Assembly: GCA_963807635.1 (NCBI GenBank)
Contig: CAWEDJ010000031.1
Coordinates: forward strand, 1 to 64,000
Direction: 5' to 3'
Length of the DNA stretch: 64,000 nucleotides
Origin: an uncultured cyanobacterium
GTDB taxonomy: Bacteria > Cyanobacteriota > Cyanobacteriia > Cyanobacteriales > Microcystaceae
Below are positions 10,462 through 21,381 of the stretch, one piece after another. The notes under the pieces are model-generated. The model worked only from the letters and a program-made list of their open reading frames with translations. It ran no database searches and was not told the DNA's origin. Within the stretch, counting starts at the first letter, position 1. Every line of letters starts with the position of its first letter. A program made the position numbers and the translations under genes.

Positions 10462-12364
10462 ATGGCAAAACGATCGCTTTACGCATCTTCCTCTGGGATT
10501 AGAAAAGCGAAAACGGCACTTTAGTCGTAAGGGTTGGACTCAAGAAAACCTCGCTTTTGAAGTTAATCTCAAAACTCGGCAACCAATTTGGAGATTTTTT
10601 ACGGGAAGACCGATTGAACGTTATATTTTTGTGGAAATTTGCTCTATTTTGGAGTTGAATTGGCGAGAAATTGCCGAAAATCCCCCTGATGACATTCCAG
10701 AATACGACGAACATGGGCTACCTGATATTGAGTGTCTGGTTCAACAGGTGCGATCGCAGCGTCAGGATAAAATTGAAGACCAATGTGGAACGTTAAAATT
10801 ATTAGATATCAACCGTCCCATAAACCTAGATAAAATTTATATCGAGATAAATCTATTAGAAGAAATTCCCTCCCAACAATGGCTAGAGTTAGCACAACTG
10901 CAAAATCTAACTACTCAGGAATTTCAGTCTGTCGGTTTAGGTGAGCTATTTCAACAATCGGTTGTAGGGATACAACTAGTAGAAAATTATACTAAGATCA
11001 GAATTTTAGGCAATCCAGGTACAGGAAAAACAGCTTTCTTACAACATCTTGCTCTCCAGTGTAATCGAGGGCTTTTTATGGCGAATCGAGTACCTATTTT
11101 TATTCCCCTCAAAAGTTTTATAGAAGAATCTAAAGAAACAGGAGAAATTAGCTTTTTAAATTATATTCGTTCTGAATTTTTGGTTTCTAGTATCACCAAT
11201 CCCTCTACGGTTGAAAATTTACTTTGTGAAGGCCGAATTCTATTATTATTAGATGGTTTAGATGAGGTTTTGACTATTGATGCTAATGCTGTTTATCAAG
11301 AAATTAATCGATTCACGGAAAAGTATCATAAAAATTTATTCATTATTACTTGTCGAACGGCAGGAAAAATTCATAATCTCAATGGATTTATTGATGTTGA
11401 AATTGCTCCTTTTACCTCGGAACAAATTACCGAATTTGCCCAAAAGTGGTTTGCTACCTTAATTAAAAATCCGACTGAGGATGCTCATCAGCAGGCAGTT
11501 AAGTTTATTCAATTGTTAGAATTTCCCAAAAATTTACGACTTCGTCAGTTAGCCATGACACCGTTATTTCTCCATCTGGCGTGTTGGATCTTTGTTCATC
11601 AAGGTCAATTTCCTGGCTCAGAAAGTGAATTTTATAAGCAATGTTTAGACCTACTATTAGGTAAATGGGATGAAATTCGAGGTGTTCAACGAGATAATAT
11701 TAATCTAGCGTTTACGCTCCCTCAAAAACTAAAACTTTTGAGTGAAATTGCCATGAAAACTTTTGAGAGAGGAGAATATTTTTTTGAAAGACGAACCATT
11801 GAGCAATATATCAGTGATTATTTATGTGAGTTATCGGATGCTCCCATAGACTCCGAAGAGTTACAATTAGCTAGTGAAGAGATTCTCAAAGAGATCGCCT
11901 TACAGCATGGATTATTAACGGAACGAAGCCGAGGCATATTTTCCTTTTCCCATTTAGCTTTTCATGAATATTTTACGGCTCGTAATATCATTATGAATTC
12001 CTATATAAAATCCCTAGAAGAAGCTTTAGAAGAATTGATAAATCATGTTTTAGAACCCCGTTGGCGAGAAATTTTCCTACTAACTGCTGTAATGCTCAGA
12101 AAAGCCGATCTTCTAGTTTTATTAATGAAAAAAAGGATTGATGATTTGATGATGGGCGATCGCCATTTACAGCAATTTTTAATATTATCCCATCAATCCT
12201 CATCAACGATTTCTCCTCAATCAACGGACTGGAATTTTACGCCAAGACAACAGGAAGTCCTAGAAAATTATCATGAAATTAATCAGTTACTGCGCGATTG
12301 TTTAAATTCTAATAGTGAAATCACGAGTACTGTACGGGAAGAAATTGAAAAAGAGTTGTTATGA
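10462..12364 (+). CDS. HTH-NACHT NTPase (likely true start MAKRSL at 10462, with a frameshift near 10520)
   Basis: GWTQENLA XRE-like HTH; Walker A GNPGTGKT; Walker B LLLLDGLDE; ITCR; TPLFL; FSFSHLAFHEYF. Confidence 0.85.
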
Positions 12365-13026
12365 TTGGGATGAGATGTTCAACTTCCAATGCCATGACCA
12401 GCGAAATTCCTTCCATTAAAGTCAGAATTCCCCCCCAACCCAAACAGGCGATCACGGCCAAGACCTTTCATTGGGTTAATTTAATTAGTTTGACCTTAAT
12501 GCTCACCAGTGGATTGCAAATTTATAACGCCAATCCCGTTTTCGGGGGCAGAGGCGGCTTGCGAATTCCTCCTTTATTTACCCTCGGCGGTTGGTTAGCA
12601 GGGGGACGACATTGGCACTTTGGGGCTATGGGGATATTTTCTTTAAATCTCTTATTTTACGGGATTTATATTATCACCACGCGACGCTGGAAACATCGTT
12701 TTTTACAAAAGAATGATTTAACAGTATTGCAAAAAAGTAACAATATTAAGCGAAAAAATTATGCTTGGCATCGGTTAGCCTATACCGTTATTATTCCTGT
12801 TTTGTTGTTATCTATTTTTACAGGATTAGGGATGTATAAGCCCGCCCAATTATATTGGATTGTTGATTTTTTTGGGGATTGGCAAGCGTTACGAATCGTT
12901 CACTTTATTGCCGTTCCCATTTTTGTTGTTTTCTCAATTTTCCATTCTTTATTAGCGTTAAAAGTCGGTGGCTCGCGTTTAGTTGAATCGATGTTTTTCA
13001 AGCCTGCATCAGCAAAAATAATCTGA
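12361..13026 (+). CDS. Cytochrome b/b6-domain membrane protein (thiosulfate-reductase cytochrome b-like)
   Basis: FHWVN...SGLQIYNANP...GRHWHF...RIVHF heme His pattern; four TMs. Confidence 0.8.
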   Translation: MIGMRCSTSNAMTSEIPSIKVRIPPQPKQAITAKTFHWVNLISLTLMLTSGLQIYNANPVFGGRGGLRIPPLFTLGGWLAGGRHWHFGAMGIFSLNLLFYGIYIITTRRWKHRFLQKNDLTVLQKSNNIKRKNYAWHRLAYTVIIPVLLLSIFTGLGMYKPAQLYWIVDFFGDWQALRIVHFIAVPIFVVFSIFHSLLALKVGGSRLVESMFFKPASAKII

Positions 13027-13058
13027 ACTAACTGAACTAACTGAACTAACTGAACTAA
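13023..13058 (+). repeat. 9-bp tandem repeat (CTGAACTAA)x4
   Basis: Read directly from the sequence. Confidence 0.9.
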
Positions 13059-13157
13059 GCTTTCACGAATTTAGATTGTATAATGATTTTGTTGAAAGTT
13101 TTGTAACAAGGGGCTTAAGCCCCTTGTCTGTATACGTTTTAAATAATTAACAGTTTA
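13056..13157. repeat. REP/MITE-like palindromic element
   Basis: Perfect 22-bp palindrome ACAAGGGGCTTAAGCCCCTTGT (13106-13127) inside degenerate outer inverted repeats TAAGCT...TGTATA / TATAC...AGTTTA. Confidence 0.55.
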
Positions 13158-13182
13158 CTATCATTATTTATTCAAAACAATC

Positions 13183-13903
13183 ATGTCATCCTCTGAAAAA
13201 AAAAATCTCTATTTTCCTCGTCGTCGCTTTCTGCAATTATCAGGATTTTCTAGTTTAGGCTTACTCTTAAATGGTTGTAGTATGAGCCTCTTGATGAGCA
13301 GGTTTTTCGTGTCACCGAACCCCTTAACCAAAGCCTAGAAGAGTGGTTATTAAATCCCGAAAAGTTAGTCCCTGAATTTCCCGCCAGTGCCATTGAACCT
13401 GATAAATTATTAGTCAATACTTTTGATTTTACGCCCCAAATTGATCCCCAGAAATTTCGCCTAAAAATTAATGGAGAGGTAGCCCGCCCTCTGAGTTTGA
13501 GTATGACGGATTTAGAAAAAATGCCCCTAACCACGATGACCATTCGTCATGTTTGTGTGGAAGGTTGGGCGCGATCGCCCAATGGGGAGGCGTTAAGTTA
13601 AGAGAATTGGCAGTTCTGGCTCAACCGTCTAGTAAGGCGCGTTACGTTTATTTTAAATCTGCCGATGGGTACTACGAAAGCTGGGATATTGCGTCTGCTC
13701 TCCATCCCCAAACCCTGATGGCCTACCAAAAAAATGGGGAAACTCTGCCCGTTGATAATGGCGCACCGTTACGTCTGGCTTCACCGATTAAACTGGGTTA
13801 TAAACTGAGTAAATGGGTCACTCAGATTACATTTTTGAGTGAAAAACCGAAAACCCTGGGTTATTGGGAAGATCAGGGCTACGAATGGTTTGGGGGAATT
13901 TAA
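13183..13903 (+). CDS. Tat-exported molybdopterin-dependent oxidoreductase, MsrP/sulfite-oxidase family (two apparent frameshifts)
   Basis: FPRRRFLQ Tat motif; RHVCVEGW; GAPLRLASPIKLGYKLSKW; GYWEDQGY. Confidence 0.85.
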
Positions 13904-14081
13904 TTTTGAGGATTGTTTTTCCCAAAAGTAGTTTCTAAGTAGATAAAGGTAACAATTTGCTAGATTTTTAACAGAACAGGAACAACTTTACCTATTTTGC
14001 TATCTTCAGGTAATTAGCTAGAATGGGGGATGGCACTCCCGATTTTTGACTCACACACCCGCGATCGCCACTTAATATTTT

Positions 14082-15943
14082 ATGAAAAAACTCCTATTCA
14101 TTGTTTTATTTATTGTTGGAATCTGGCTGACTGTTGGCTATTTTATAGAGACCAAAGGATTAGCGAATAAGGGAAAATTTGATTCTATTATTATTAATTT
14201 TGATAACGACTTACCCACTGAAAATATTAGTCAAGAATTGGCGATCGTTTCTCAATCGACGAAACAAAATCCCAGCTTAAATAGCATTTTTTCCATTGAT
14301 CAACACCTTTATACCGTAAAAGGAGATAAATCTCTCTTACATAAACTCCGCACTTCCTCGATTAAAAAATATACCGAATACATTGAACCTAATTATATTT
14401 ATAGTGCCTTAGAAACCGCCAATGATCCCGATTACAGCAAACAGTGGAATTTTCGCAGTATTAATGTCGAAAAAGCCTGGGACAATAATCGCGGTGAAGG
14501 CATAACCGTTGCCGTTATCGACACAGGGGTGTCACGGGTTCCTGATTTACGGGATACGGATTTTGTAGAAGGGTACGATTTTGTTAATGATCGCATTGAT
14601 GCCAGTGATGATAATGGGCATGGAACCCATGTAGCAGGGACGATCGCCCAATCGACCAATAATAACTACGGCGTGGCGGGGATTGCCTATCGGGCCAAAA
14701 TTATGCCCTTAAAGGTGTTATCGGCGGGTGGTGGCGGAACGGTTTCTGATATTGCCGAAGCCATTCGTTTTGCGGCGGATCACGGGGCCAGTGTGGTGAA
14801 CCTTAGTTTGGGCGGCGGGGGAGAAAGTACCGTTCTCAAGGAGGCGATCGACTATGCCTACAGCAAAGGAGTCGCGATCGTGGCGGCGGCAGGGAACGAA
14901 AATCAAAATTCAGCTTCCTACCCAGGGCGTTATCCCAAGGTCATTAGTGTGGCAGCTTTGGATGCAACGGGAAATAAAGCTCCCTATTCTAATTTTGGGG
15001 CTGGGGTTGATATTTCCGCTCCAGGAGGAAGTGAACAGGGCAAAGAGGGAAAAATTCTCCAAGAAACCCTAGATCCCACCACGAAAAAACCTATTTTAAT
15101 CGGTTTTCAAGGAACCAGCATGGCGGCTCCCCATGTGGCAGGAACGGTGGCATTGATTCAATCTTCCCAACTTCAGGTTGCCAAACAGGAAGCGGCTAAA
15201 AATCCTAACGCTAAAATCAAAGCCGAAGACCTCAAAGCAACGGATGTATCCAGTCCCGCCGAAATTTTAGAGATTCTCAAGGAATCTTCCCGAAAAGTGC
15301 AGGATGACAGCTTTAATTATTACGGAGCAGGTCAATTGAATGCAGGAGAAGCTGTAACCTTAGCTGTTCAAGGAAAACTCAGCTTTAAGGATTTCTTCCG
15401 TTGGTTACGGGATAATGGTTACTTAAACCCGATTTTCTGGTTCGATGGAGCGCGATCGCCATATTACCGAAAATTTTAATGATCGTCGGTTCCTACCTGT
15501 TGGCGTTCTTATTGCGAGTCTATGTTCCCCTCCAATGGGGCGCACCCTTAAATTGGGGCTTGATTTTCGGCAGTTCGGGCTTATTTTTCCTACAGGGTTT
15601 TTATCTCTTCGATTTACCCCGGTGGCCTTTCCGAGTCATGGGTAGTTCGTTTCCTGAACTGGGCAATTCTGTCCAGGGTAGTCATTTGTTAAATCCCTTT
15701 TTTGCGAGTGTCTTGATCCCGTTAGGATTCCTTCTGCTTTTATTAGGAAGTCGTGCAGGAAAAAGCTTTGCCGTTGGTATTACCCTCGGTGTTGCGTCCT
15801 ATCTCACTGTTTCTGCTATTTTCAATCCCAATCTTTGGTTATTGGGGGCGGGTACGGTTTCCCAAGTCTTTTTAGGAGTCAATGCTCTATTTTGTATTTT
15901 TCTAGCTTGGTTAGCCACTAAAGGAGAGCAACGATTGTTATGA
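14082..15943 (+). CDS. S8 subtilase with C-terminal membrane domain (apparent frameshift near 15450)
   Basis: Catalytic triad motifs VIDTG, HGTHVAG, GTSMAAPHVAG; hydrophobic tail continues in the next frame. Confidence 0.9.
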
Positions 15944-16163
15944 CGATTACTGCGATCGGCAAAATAGAAAAAAAAGGTTTTGGTTTTGGGGTTTGGGCTT
16001 TAGTTTCTGAGGATGGTAAAACCTACGAATTGCAAAACCCTCCGCCAGAATTATGTCAAGCCCACGCCAAGGTCAAGATTGAAGGCACGATCCAAGAAAG
16101 GGTGATGACTCTGGCGATGATCGGCCAGTTTTAGGCATAGAAAGCTATGAAATATTGTCTTGA
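15940..16163 (+). CDS. Small conserved hypothetical protein (apparent frameshift near 16126)
   Basis: GKIEKKGFGFGVWAL...MTLAMIGP(VL)...; start overlaps the protease stop. Confidence 0.65.
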
Positions 16164-16383
16164 AATTGCATCCTAACGCTGTTCTATTAGAGATGGATTG
16201 TTTGCTTTAAATCCAAACCCTGAATCCCTTGACGAATAAGCGATCGCTAACCCCTTTTCTGATAAAAACTCAGAATTTGAGTTTGTGTTAGCTACTAGCC
16301 ACTTGAATACTTACCCTCAAAGGAATCTAGCGTTTAAACAAGGTAAGATAAAATGTGATCGCCTTTATACGAACTGAATTTTA

Positions 16384-16491
16384 GTTAGTGTCACGAATCT
16401 TTCGCGCTGGGTCAGGGACAAAAAACGAGCCTTGCTGCATAAGGGTTTCAGAAAGCCTAAATCTTGAGCGCGAATAAATAAAGACACTAAC
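16384..16491. mobile_element. 108-bp MITE with IS256 ends
   Basis: Ends match the IS at 860-2242; 8-bp TSD GAATTTTA at 16376-16383 and 16492-16499. Confidence 0.9.
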
Positions 16492-16711
16492 GAATTTTAA
16501 GATGCGATCGCCTTCCATGAACTGAAATACTAAAGCGCGATCGCCTTACATGAACGCAATGAGAAAACGCGATCATTTTTATGAAATCAAAATCTAAAGC
16601 GCGATCACCTTCACATGAACTGGATTCTAAACGCGCTCGTCTTACATGAACGCAATGAGAAAACGCGATCATCTTACATAAACTGAAATTCTAAAACGCG
16701 ATCGCCTTTAC

Positions 16712-17059
16712 CCCGCGTTCCGCAGGTTCCAAAGAACTTTTAAACAATTTTAAAATCCTTACAGGAGAAGGGTTTTGCGAATTACTGTCTTATTCACGAG
16801 CTTGTACTAAAACGAAAAAAGGATTGTCGTTACACTGAATCAAGAAAATGTCTTTTTATTGATGATCAATATTTTCTTTTTGTTTGATGAGAAAATTAAC
16901 AGTAGAGCGAAATATTTTTACCACAAATGCCTTCAAAGCCTTGTCAAATAAGGAACATAGTTTTTCAAAAGTCTTGCCTAATCAAGAAATTAATCTACGG
17001 GAAGAAAAAGTAGTACAAATGTATTATCTCGTTTTTTCAGTCAACCTGCGGAATGTGAG
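16712..17059. mobile_element. ~350-bp MITE, copy A
   Basis: TIR CCCGCGTTCCGCAGGTT...AACCTGCGGAATGTGAG; nearly identical to 18502-18852. Confidence 0.85.
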
Positions 17060-17238
17060 TTGTAATGCACAAACTCATTCGGATTGTTTACGGGGTTCTC
17101 AAGTTAGGGAAATCGTTTGACCAGACCAAGTTGGCTCTTCGTAACGTTGTTTTAGCGGAGGAAACTGATTTTTAGCCTGTTTCCCCTTGACACTTAACAC
17201 AGTATCTACGGCTACTGAATTTGCAGCTATTGGATTAA

Positions 17239-17291
17239 CAGAAACCTTGAAAATGTGTGCTAATATACAGAAGCTTTGAAAATGTGTGCTA
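17239..17291 (+). promoter_or_regulatory. 24-bp direct repeat x2 (29-bp period) upstream of the 17339 gene
   Basis: CAGAAACCTTGAAAATGTGTGCTA and CAGAAGCTTTGAAAATGTGTGCTA. Confidence 0.5.
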
Positions 17292-17338
17292 TTGTGATGT
17301 CGTTAACTAAAAAATATTAATTTTTAGGAGAAAAAACG

Positions 17339-17766
17339 ATGGCATACAACAAATTGGTAGCAACAGTAGTTACAAAGTCCGTAGCTATGGCGATCGGAGC
17401 AGTCTGTCTGAACTGGGCAAATATCGCGGGGGCTGCACCACTGCTAGATGTTAGCGGCTCTTGGAAGATTATCGGTAACCAAAGCGCTGGGGTGCTGAAA
17501 GTTACGCAAAATGCATCTACACTGCCTTGTAAACCCATTAGTGGAACGATTTATAATACTAACCCAGTCGTCGGCTATTACTGTCCGGCCACAGGACGAC
17601 TAGCCTTCACCAGGCAAATCCTTGGAAGTTCCGCCGCTCAGGTGTGGATCGGTAACGTCTCTGATGTGATTCGCGAACCGAACCGGATGGGCGGCACCTT
17701 CCACGCAGTGAATACGGGTGCAGGTTCCGGGTATTGGGCGAGTATCATTTTCAAGGGGAGAAATAA
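17339..17766 (+). CDS. Small secreted beta-rich hypothetical protein (C-terminus probably VLGEYHFQGEK* after a frameshift; the ORF track ends at 17848)
   Basis: AGGAG RBS, signal peptide ending AGA-A, two Cys in the mature part. Confidence 0.65.
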
Positions 17767-18004
17767 CCCTGTCTTTACGAATACGCGATTGCTCATCAGA
17801 GAAACTGGGTACAAACCCCGTCCTTTAGCGATAGCGGGTATTGTCTAGCTAGAAGCTATAAATATGGTGATTTTAAAACAATAGTAATAGTATTTCCATG
17901 CAAAGATATCAATCCCTAAATTCTGAGAGCGATCGCACTAATAACAACGCCCATAACTCAAACCATAAAAATGACTATTAATCTTTCCACAAGACTGTAA
18001 CTCA

Positions 18005-18501
18005 TTAAAACTCATTAAACGCAACCTCTAACGCCTCCAACCAAACCCTCGCACTCGGACGCTTAGAAGGATTGAAATGACCATCATTAAAACACAGCAA
18101 AAAAGACCGTTGAAGCTCAGGATGAATGATATCCAAAGGAATCGTATTATTACTCGGCTGAATTAAATTATTCGGTTCATAGGGCCCAAAACCGCGACGA
18201 ATTAACTCTACTTGCTCAGGCATATCACCCGAACCCTGCCAACTTCCCCGAAACGGTGGCCCAGCAAGCAAAAGATAATAGATTACTACGTCCAATCGAA
18301 AACGATCATGAACCGCAGATTGAGTAATCGAGTCAATATTCTTACCAATTAACTCAGACGGCGTAAACCCCTCCGAAGCAACCAAACACCGATAAACTTT
18401 GTTGTGAATAGGATCAACAACCTGAAAAAAATCCGTATCAATGATCGTCGGTAAAGCGCGGCTATTTACCAGAATATTTTGTAACTTAATATCCCCTAAA
18501 A
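18005..18501 (-). pseudogene. 3' fragment of a Ser/Thr kinase-like gene, cut by MITE copy B
   Basis: LGDIKLQNILV...IIDTDFFQV...SEGFTPSEL...HDRFRL...RPSARVW; the reading frame starts at the MITE boundary. Confidence 0.8.
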
Positions 18502-18852
18502 CCCACGTTCCGCAGGTTCCAAAGAACCTTTAAACAATTTGCAAAATCCTTACAGGACAAAGATTTTGCAAATTACTGTCTTGTTCACGAGCTTGTACTA
18601 AAACGAAAAAAAGGCTTGTCGTTACACTGAATCAAGAAAATGTCTTTTTACTGATGATCAATATTTTCTTTTTGCTTGATGAGAAAATTAACAGTAGAGC
18701 GAAATATTTTTACCACAAATGCCTTCAAAGCCTTGTCAAATAAGTAACATAGTTTTTTCAAGAGTCTTGCCTAATCAAGAAATTAATCTACGGGAAGAAA
18801 AAGTAGTACAAATGTATTATCTCGTTTGTTCAGTCAACCTGCGGAATGTGGG
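18502..18852. mobile_element. ~350-bp MITE, copy B (same orientation as copy A)
   Basis: TIR CCCACGTTCCGCAGGTT...AACCTGCGGAATGTGGG. Confidence 0.85.
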
Positions 18853-19107
18853 CTTTACATCAATAAAGACACTAAAACGCGATCGCCTTACATAAACTGA
18901 ATTCTTAAACGCGATGAGCCTAAAATTGAGATTTGATCAGAACAAAAAGTTCGTACCCGATATTTTAAGGGATTTTTCTGGGTATGTTCTAGTTACAGAG
19001 TGTAGTTTAATAGCAATTATTAATTTATTGGATTTTATTAAGTTTTGTCAAAAAATATTGATTTATATTAAGTTCTTTATTTCCGTCGGCTTGCCGATCG
19101 TCCTGCC

Positions 19108-21258
19108 ATGAACTTACTCTCACCTAAATCTTCCGTGTTTTCTCGATCGGTTTCCCCGAAATTAATTCGGTCTAAACTTTTCCCTGTTGCGATCATCTTA
19201 AGTATCGCTAGTTTTCCCAAAGTCGCCTCTGCGGTCACCCTGACCTATGCCTATGTCGATAGCATTGTTACGGGTTGGGACAATTGGAGTTGGGGAACCA
19301 CCTATATCAATGATACTGTGGTCAAAAAATCAGGAACTGCCTCTGCCAAAGTGACCATTACCGATGCGTGGGCAGGATTTAGTTTGAGCCAAAGCACCAC
19401 AACAAATAATCTGAATACTTTATCGGCGATTTCTTTTGATATTAATCCAGGTGCGGCGACGAATGTGACGAAAGTAGCCAACCTTCGCGTGTCTTTGCAA
19501 AATGGAACTGGCCAAGGCTCCTCAGTCCCCATCGCCTCCTACGCATCTCCTGCCTTAACTGCCAATACCTGGTCAACTGTAACTATTCCCATTAGTCTGC
19601 TTGCTGGAACGTTGACAGCCCTCAATCGTTTGAATTTTCAGGATGGATGGGGACAAGGTAACGTTGTTTTTAATCTGGATAATGTGGGACTGGTTCCTCT
19701 CGAAGTCACAAGCGGCTGTAGTTCCTTGGTCGTGGATTCGGGAATCGCTAACGGTGGTGTCAGCATCAATGGCTTTTTGAATGATCAGTACAAATGGTAT
19801 GACAGTAGTTGTCGCCTACGGACTGCGGCTCTAGCCCGTAACGATACCAGTAAAGGCGGTAATGCCAAACAGTTTACCTATGTCTTAGCAAATGGAACAA
19901 CTAGGATTGTTAATCCAGGAGCCAGTGCAGGGGGTTTTGGTTATATCGTCGCTCACCTGAGTAATCCTTCCTTTGCCAGTGCCTATGGCGCAAGTGATTC
20001 TCCCCTCGGTTCCGGTAACAGTGCAACGACCACTAAGCTCTTTGTGGGAAGCAATCATGCTATTCATGAATACACGCTCAACTATGTCCGCTATGGCCTG
20101 ACTCAAGCGGCAATTAATAGTGGCTTTGCTCCCTGGACACAAATCAATTCCACTAATAAATCCAATGTAACGGCCTATAATATGCCCGTTCGCATTCAAT
20201 GGTTATTTGCAACGGGACGAAATTATCCTATTTGGTCAGTGACCTTTGATTTATCTGCCGCCCCTAATCATGCTGTTGATTCAGATTTTCGCGCTCCCTA
20301 TGGAGATATGAAAATTGAAGGGGGGGATGGCTCGGCTGTGGTGGGGGGTGTCGGTTGGGGAGATAAATATAAGTTTCTCTCGGCGGGGAGTCCCTTCACC
20401 ATGAATAATGACTGGGATTATTCCCAACTGAACCCAGGTGCGCCCTATAGCTATCTTTGGACGGCTACGGGCGATGCGGAAATGGGACTAGCGGGGACTC
20501 AACTGACAGCAAAACAAAATGCAGGGGGTTATAACAATTACCAAGCTCCTATTTGGCGAGGAAAAACGAGTTTAAATATGGGAACGCTTTGTCTGAATGA
20601 CGGGGGAGCGGGGCCTGCTTATAATCACAAAACGCCTTGTACTAGTCACTGGGCCTATCAGCTTATTCAATATTCCCTTGCAAACGCCACCCAGACCACC
20701 AGTAATAAACGTTTAGCCTGGGGAGCAGATTGGGGATCTTTGGGGAATAGCTCTTTCACAAGTTCCAATGGTTATACTGTCAGTGGCTATCCCAGGGTCA
20801 GTTACAGTGTTCATATTGTGCTAGACCCCCACACGGGTAATCCGACCCAGGCGATCGCGTTGCAAGCAAAAACGGCGAGTGTCACTACTTTGACCGCCAG
20901 CGTGGGAACCGTCAGAACCAGTGGTATTGCAGGAGTCGGACGCACGGACACGGTCACCTATAGTCCCGCAGGCTTCAGCCCTATTTTTGGAACATGGGAA
21001 GTGAATGCGGCGGCTACGACGAATAACCTGACGTTATCCTTTGCTGTGCCTAGTACCGCTCCTTCTACCTTGGATAGTCCGATTATTGTGGTCAACAATT
21101 ATACTCGTACTACAGCACCAACCCAGGTATTACTTAATGGCACGGTATTAGTCGCGAATAGTGACTATTTTGTAAGTCTTCGTCCTGATCAATCCCAACT
21201 CTGGATTACGCTAAATAAAAAATTAGCGGGGACAAATAGTTTTAGTATTGTTAACTAA
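19108..21258 (+). CDS. Large secreted Ser/Thr/Gly/Asn-rich protein with N-terminal carbohydrate-binding-like module
   Basis: Signal peptide ending ASA-V; GWDNWSW...WSTVTIP...FNLDNV resembles a CBM-like beta-sandwich; the rest is unrecognised. Confidence 0.7.
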   Translation: MNLLSPKSSVFSRSVSPKLIRSKLFPVAIILSIASFPKVASAVTLTYAYVDSIVTGWDNWSWGTTYINDTVVKKSGTASAKVTITDAWAGFSLSQSTTTNNLNTLSAISFDINPGAATNVTKVANLRVSLQNGTGQGSSVPIASYASPALTANTWSTVTIPISLLAGTLTALNRLNFQDGWGQGNVVFNLDNVGLVPLEVTSGCSSLVVDSGIANGGVSINGFLNDQYKWYDSSCRLRTAALARNDTSKGGNAKQFTYVLANGTTRIVNPGASAGGFGYIVAHLSNPSFASAYGASDSPLGSGNSATTTKLFVGSNHAIHEYTLNYVRYGLTQAAINSGFAPWTQINSTNKSNVTAYNMPVRIQWLFATGRNYPIWSVTFDLSAAPNHAVDSDFRAPYGDMKIEGGDGSAVVGGVGWGDKYKFLSAGSPFTMNNDWDYSQLNPGAPYSYLWTATGDAEMGLAGTQLTAKQNAGGYNNYQAPIWRGKTSLNMGTLCLNDGGAGPAYNHKTPCTSHWAYQLIQYSLANATQTTSNKRLAWGADWGSLGNSSFTSSNGYTVSGYPRVSYSVHIVLDPHTGNPTQAIALQAKTASVTTLTASVGTVRTSGIAGVGRTDTVTYSPAGFSPIFGTWEVNAAATTNNLTLSFAVPSTAPSTLDSPIIVVNNYTRTTAPTQVLLNGTVLVANSDYFVSLRPDQSQLWITLNKKLAGTNSFSIVN

Positions 21259-21381
21259 AAATGATGTACGATACCAAGAGAGTCAGTCAGGAGAGCCTAT
21301 CAAATGAGTGACTCTTTATTTGAAAAGTGTTTTGAAAAGGAGATTTTCTATTAAATTTCTTAACCCAACAAAACTTCACCC

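Larger units (their letters stand above)
16352..18916 (+). repeat. HIP1-anchored ~31-33-bp degenerate minisatellite, split by two insertions
   Basis: About 10 units of consensus GCGATCGCCTTACATGAACTGAAATTCTAAAAC at 16352-16383, 16492-16711 and 18853-18916. Confidence 0.8.

Noticed and set aside
16352..16711. Possible CRISPR array
   Set aside because: The units are contiguous degenerate repeats without unique spacers, and there are no cas genes.
16884..17120. 78-aa ORF in the ORF track
   Set aside because: It lies inside MITE copy A, and copy B has a stop in the equivalent frame; likely spurious.
17800..17830. IS200/IS605-like end remnant (AAACCCCGTCCTTTAG)
   Set aside because: Only half of the hairpin is present and no tnpA/tnpB is nearby.
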